Shown: positions 60,213-64,000 of the stretch, piece after piece | Layout: every line of letters begins with the position of its first letter | Position numbering within the stretch: position 1 is the stretch's first letter | Source of the DNA: an uncultured Candidatus Saccharibacteria bacterium | GTDB lineage: Bacteria; Patescibacteriota; Minisyncoccia; Phycocordibacterales; UBA918 | Direction of reading: 5' to 3' | Assembly (NCBI GenBank): GCA_964350985.1 | Contig: CAYGLK010000001.1 | Span: 91,018-155,017 of the forward strand | DNA: 64,000 bases | Position numbers and translations under genes: made by a program | The notes under the pieces: model-generated | The model's database searches: none | What the model saw: the letters and a program-made list of their open reading frames with translations, nothing else | What the model was told of the DNA's origin: nothing

Positions 60213-60304
60213 GAGCTAGGTTCCTGTCTGGGAGATAGATCGAAAGGTCTGAAAATCCATTTTATTTATAACACACTAACGATATTAGGTAAATATAATA
60301 TATA

Positions 60305-60402
60305 TCACCAAATAATTTTGCTCTGGTTATTTTTTATTAAGTATTCATTTGTTTGACTAAAGTGTTTACAGCCAAAAAATCCTCAATATGAAGATAGGGG
60401 AG
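60305..60402 (-). pseudogene. 3' fragment of a divergent ung allele
   Basis: Translates [30 protein letters not shown] versus intact [31 protein letters not shown]. Confidence 0.9.
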
Positions 60403-60552
60403 ATGACCTTGCTCGCAGAACACGCTCCAATCGTCTCTGTGCTTCGTCCAAGGGTTATTACTGCACGCAAAGCGGATGGTACAACAGCAGAATTTCCAGT
60501 TGAAGTTGGTACTCTCGAAGTTAGTCACAATACTGTTACTATCTTACTTTAA
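60399..60552 (+). pseudogene. 3' fragment of a divergent atpC allele
   Basis: Matches about 59589-59742; 11 substitutions from the ATG onward, 10 of them synonymous. Confidence 0.92.
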
Positions 60553-60638
60553 GAATATTTGCATAATAAAAAGAAAGAACCGCCGCACCGAATGGGGAAG
60601 TCGGGACGGATGTCCTTTCTTCCGCCTGGTGTGGCGGT

Positions 60639-60887
60639 TCAGCTTGCTTTTTTTGGCAATTCGCCGCGAAAAATGAATCTGTGGGCATCGCTGCCAGTAA
60701 GAACAATGGTGCCGCCGTCGCATTTCGTTACCTTGACCGCCGACGTTTTTCCAATAAAGCTTGCATCTTGGATGCATGCATCGACACTAGACCTAGGCAT
60801 AGAAAGCACTGCGAGCAACAGACTGGCGCTGGCAAGCACTATTGCCAGCAAAACACTCTTGATGAACAATGGAAATAATGGGAACAT
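60639..60887 (-). CDS. orphan protein B (signal/TM plus small Cys-pair domain)
   Basis: SD GAGGAG 6 nt before ATG 60887; promoter TTGACA-16-TATTAT; TGA stop followed by a hairpin. Confidence 0.7.
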   Translation of the reverse strand: MFPLFPLFIKSVLLAIVLASASLLLAVLSMPRSSVDACIQDASFIGKTSAVKVTKCDGGTIVLTGSDAHRFIFRGELPKKAS

Positions 60888-61010
60888 GGGACACTCCTCG
60901 TTTGTCAGCGTTTGGGTTGAGCTTTTATATAATACAATGTTAGTATCACATGTCAAGTCAGTGAAGATTTTCTAGTCAATTTGAGGTAAAGTACGCAATA
61001 ATTTTTTATT

Positions 61011-61673
61011 TTACCAAACAATTTCATTTTCACCTTGACCCTTTAAATAATCATTAGTTTTACTAAAATGTTTACAGCCAAAAAATCCTCTATAAGAAGA
61101 TAGGGGAGAGGGATGTGGCGCAGTTAAGATTAAGTGCTTACTGTTATCAATCAATTTTTTCTTTGCTTCAGCAGGCTTTCCCCAGAGTAAGAAAACAACG
61201 TGATCTTTTTCTTCGGAAATTTTCTGAATGATTGCATCAGTAAATCTCTCCCAGCCTAAGCCTTGATGTGATCCGGGAGCATCTTCTTTTACTGTTAAAG
61301 TGGTGTTAAGTAAAAGGATTCCTTGTTCAGCCCAATGTTTTAGATCGCCAGACTCTGGCATCACTTTTCCTACATCAGAAGTAACTTCTTTATAAATATT
61401 TCGCAGTGATGGTGGAAGAAGAATTCCTTCAGGTACTGAAAAACTTAAGCCGACGGCTTGTCCGGCACCATGATAAGGATCTTGACCCAGTATAACTACT
61501 TTAGTTTCTCTTAGAGGGCAAAGTGAGAAAGCTCTGAAGACGTTGTCTTTGTTGGGGAAGACCTTTTCAGTCTGGTACTTTTCTTCAATGACTCGCTCGA
61601 GGTTTTTGACATAAGTAAGTTCAAGCTCTTCTTTTAAAGCATTCTGCCAGTCTTGAGGTAGTTCCTGAAACAT
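61011..61673 (-). CDS. ung: uracil-DNA glycosylase (family 1)
   Basis: [29 protein letters not shown]. Confidence 0.97.
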   Translation of the reverse strand: [220 protein letters not shown]

Positions 61674-61754
61674 ATCTATACCTTACTATGCTTAGGTCTT
61701 TCTGTTAAGAACACCAGTCTTTTGCTCCGTGGGCTTATGCTAATATTTAAATAT

Positions 61755-61985
61755 ATGCTTGAATCACATACCCGTAGCGTAGTTAAAGGAATGACTTGGA
61801 GAATCATTGCTTCTGGCACCACTATGGCAATTGTCTATGTTTTGACGGGTAATTTAGAATTAGTTGCTAGTGTTGGAGCAATTGATGTTGCTTTGAAGAT
61901 TTTCTTTTATTACTTACACGAAAGAAGTTGGGGTAAGGTTGGCTGGGGAATTTTACCAAATAGATTATCTAGACTAAAGCGCTAA
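61755..61985 (+). CDS. DUF2061 family small membrane protein
   Basis: ESHTRSVVKGMTWRIIA...YYLHERSW.KV.WG. Confidence 0.88.
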   Translation: MLESHTRSVVKGMTWRIIASGTTMAIVYVLTGNLELVASVGAIDVALKIFFYYLHERSWGKVGWGILPNRLSRLKR

Positions 61986-62854
61986 GCAAGCTTTTGACAC
62001 GAAGGACAAAAATGCGTACCGCGACCAGCGACGCGCATTTTTTTGATTTCAGTCTTACACCTAGGGCAAGGAGTTTTTTGTTTTCCGAATACCTTCAAGT
62101 AGTTAGTATAGTTTCCTTTGCTTCCGTCTGTATCTTTAAAGTGCTGGAAAGTAGTGCCACCAACGCTAATGGATTTATTCATCACGTCACCACTAGCTTT
62201 TCCAATACTTCTGGCTTCTTTTACGGTAATGGTGTTAGCTTTTCTTTCGGGGTGTACCTTAGCTTTAAATAACGCTTCATCGACATAAATGTTACCCAAA
62301 CCAGCAATGAAAGTCTGATCTAAAAGTACGGCCTTGATACTACGGTTCTTTTTTTGTAGTCCTAGGTAAAAAGACTTTTGATCAAAATCAGGATGAATTG
62401 GTTCTGGTCCAAAACGACTTCGTGCTTGGGCTACCCTAGCTTTGTTAGCGATTTCGATATAACCAAACTTACGCATGTCATTAAAGAAAAGAGCTGACCC
62501 GTTTTCCAAGTAAAAAGCTATCCTGGTGTGTTTGTTCGGTAAGTTTTTAGTATCTGCTTCAGATAAAGAGTGTCCACCGCCACTGACTGACTTTTTTCTA
62601 TCAACAAAAAAGAACTGCCCAGTCATTTTCAGGTGTGCAAGGAGATATAAGTCTGGTTCAGCTTTAAAGCTAAAAATCATCAGCTTACCAACTCGATCAA
62701 TACTGGAAAAAGTTTTATTTTTGAGTATCTCACTAAAAGTATAGTTTCCACGAGCAGTTTTTGGATTAAAAACCTCTATTTTCTTGATTTTTTTATTTTT
62801 AATCTTATGCAAAAGCTGTAGACGAACAGTTTCTACTTCTGGGAGTTCTGGCAT
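61982..62854 (-). CDS. mutM: formamidopyrimidine-DNA glycosylase
   Basis: MPELPEVET, HLKMTG, DMRKFG, AGLGNIYVDEALF, CPRC..RGTHFCPSCQ. Confidence 0.97.
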   Translation of the reverse strand: MPELPEVETVRLQLLHKIKNKKIKKIEVFNPKTARGNYTFSEILKNKTFSSIDRVGKLMIFSFKAEPDLYLLAHLKMTGQFFFVDRKKSVSGGGHSLSEADTKNLPNKHTRIAFYLENGSALFFNDMRKFGYIEIANKARVAQARSRFGPEPIHPDFDQKSFYLGLQKKNRSIKAVLLDQTFIAGLGNIYVDEALFKAKVHPERKANTITVKEARSIGKASGDVMNKSISVGGTTFQHFKDTDGSKGNYTNYLKVFGKQKTPCPRCKTEIKKMRVAGRGTHFCPSCQKLA

Positions 62855-62940
62855 GGTTTTATTGTATGACCTTAAGACTAAAATGCCAAATTACGTTTAA
62901 CTCTAGCCAAAAAGGGATTATTTGCCTATAGTAGGCACAT

Positions 62941-63156
62941 ATGGCCCATCCATTTACCAAAATATTTGATTTAGCTTTGAAAAAAAGTTCAAGCGAAGAG
63001 AACTTTGTCTTAATCGAAGCTGAGAAAATTATTAAAAAAGGCTACTCAGCCACAGAGATTCATACTGTGCTTACCAAACTGCAAAAATCACTCATAGACC
63101 AAACTGAAGCTGAAATTGTCTCTGAAGCAGCTGAAGAGGTGAGTCGGTACTTGTAA
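62941..63156 (+). CDS. small hypothetical protein
   Basis: 71-aa helical ORF with TATAGT box 8 nt upstream and a terminator hairpin downstream. Confidence 0.7.
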   Translation: MAHPFTKIFDLALKKSSSEENFVLIEAEKIIKKGYSATEIHTVLTKLQKSLIDQTEAEIVSEAAEEVSRYL

Positions 63157-63204
63157 TACAAACGATCAAGGCCGACTGGGGTTACCAATCGGCCTATCTT
63201 TCAG

Positions 63205-63561
63205 TCACGTTCTCGTTACCGTAAAGGCTCTCTTGTACAGAGCTGTATTTTTTTCAATGCTTGCTGAACAAAGAATACCAGCTAGCCTAGGTAACTTTTC
63301 CTTGAATAATTCCGGCAACCGGGTCGCAGCAGAAGAACCTGCGACAGAAATTATGTAGCAGTCGCCAATGTCTTGGTATCCGTTGACACCAAATAAATCT
63401 CGAACATCTTCCGCTGAAATTCGACGGCGAATGCAACCGCTGTCTCTAAAATTGGAGTTCCTGAAAGCCAAGACTATTTTGTCAAACTTGCCTTCACTTA
63501 ACGCTTCTGGTGTTATCAGTACCAGAACTGTTTCAGGAACACCTAAGACGTTAGCAATCAT
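63205..63561 (-). CDS. orphan protein with degenerate nucleoside-diphosphate-kinase-like pattern
   Basis: TVLVLITPEALSEGKFDKIVLAF resembles TxxxIKPDxxxRGxxGxIIxRF; SD-like GGGG; promoter TTGTCA-16-TAATAT. Confidence 0.55.
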   Translation of the reverse strand: MIANVLGVPETVLVLITPEALSEGKFDKIVLAFRNSNFRDSGCIRRRISAEDVRDLFGVNGYQDIGDCYIISVAGSSAATRLPELFKEKLPRLAGILCSASIEKNTALYKRAFTVTRT

Positions 63562-63691
63562 AGAGCACCCCGTGGTTTAGATTGAAAGTACTTTTGGCAC
63601 AAATTTTGTGCCGAAGGAACTGCTTTACCTAAATATTACACATTTAGGTAAGGGTGACAATTTATATATGTGTAGAGACGCAGTGTCAGGT

Positions 63692-63856
63692 TTACCTGGT
63701 GATCTTAAAAGCTGCCCAGATGCCCAAAATAGCTCCAAGTGAGCTAAAAATGATCGATGAGAAAGAGAAGTAGGCAGCACCCCAGAGCAGTGGAATATAC
63801 CCACCAATAATGCCCCCAACAGAAAGTAGTAACCACATTATTTTTTTACTCTCCAT
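63692..63856 (-). CDS. small two-TM Gly-rich membrane protein (54 aa)
   Basis: Not in ORF track; MESKKIMWLLLSVGGIIGGYIPLLWGAAYFSFSSIIFSSLGAILGIWAAFKITR, 4 nt after the tspO stop. Confidence 0.75.
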   Translation of the reverse strand: MESKKIMWLLLSVGGIIGGYIPLLWGAAYFSFSSIIFSSLGAILGIWAAFKITR

Positions 63857-63860
63857 AGGG

Positions 63861-64000
63861 TTAAAAGTTAAGATAGGTGATCGTTAGTTGAAGAACGGTC
63901 GCAAATGAAACCCAAGCTAAGTAGGGAATATTTACATAGGTTACCCAAGGAACGTACTGATAGATAGCGTAAAGCGCCCAGACCAAGGTACCTAATACTA
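63861..64000 (-). CDS. tspO: TspO/MBR family protein, C-terminal part (partial)
   Basis: Manual translation ...NIPYLAWVSFATVLQLTITYLNF* contains the TspO PYxxWxxFA motif. Confidence 0.85.
   Translation of the reverse strand, partial: VLGTLVWALYAIYQYVPWVTYVNIPYLAWVSFATVLQLTITYLNF

Noticed and set aside
60305-60552. Diversity-generating retroelement template/variable repeat pair
   Set aside because: Differences from atpC and ung are mostly synonymous and not adenine-specific; no reverse transcriptase is present

Overview
A 64-kb chromosomal segment of a Patescibacteria (CPR) bacterium, most likely Parcubacteria. The taxonomy is inferred from gene content and order, the NusB-NUDIX fusion, short SMC, short ATP synthase delta/epsilon subunits and SD-less core genes; the genetic code is standard (11). 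Core content: dnaE (partial), rnhB-rpmF-nusB-rnc, two type IV pilin-like genes, smc, rnr, rpsP-khpA-trmD, rpoB-rpoC, dnaG-rpoD, a UvrD-nuclease fusion, dsbA, uppP, hisS, prmC, class I fba, rpmG, a GT4-GH57-GH15 alpha-glucan cluster, truB, a CNNM protein, a DEAD-box helicase, atpBEFHAGDC, ung, mutM and tspO (partial). I found no rRNA, tRNA, CRISPR array, integrase or transposase. The most unusual signals are non-coding or accessory. (1) Six co-oriented 80-127 bp hairpins have covarying stems and conserved loop motifs, and five start at or just after a stop codon. (2) About ten small, mostly orphan genes form self-contained cassettes (promoter, SD, terminator) between SD-less, near-leaderless core genes. 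(3) The atpC-ung interval carries two different haplotypes in tandem, each with a different orphan, joined at a GGAGA microhomology. (4) A TATCTATC-N6-GATAGATA site occurs five times, four of them around a TrpR/YerC-like gene. (5) There is a candidate standalone ncRNA, a second hairpin family flanking a toxin-antitoxin module, and a stack of hairpins at about 40.7 kb. All calls were made by eye; no database searches were run.
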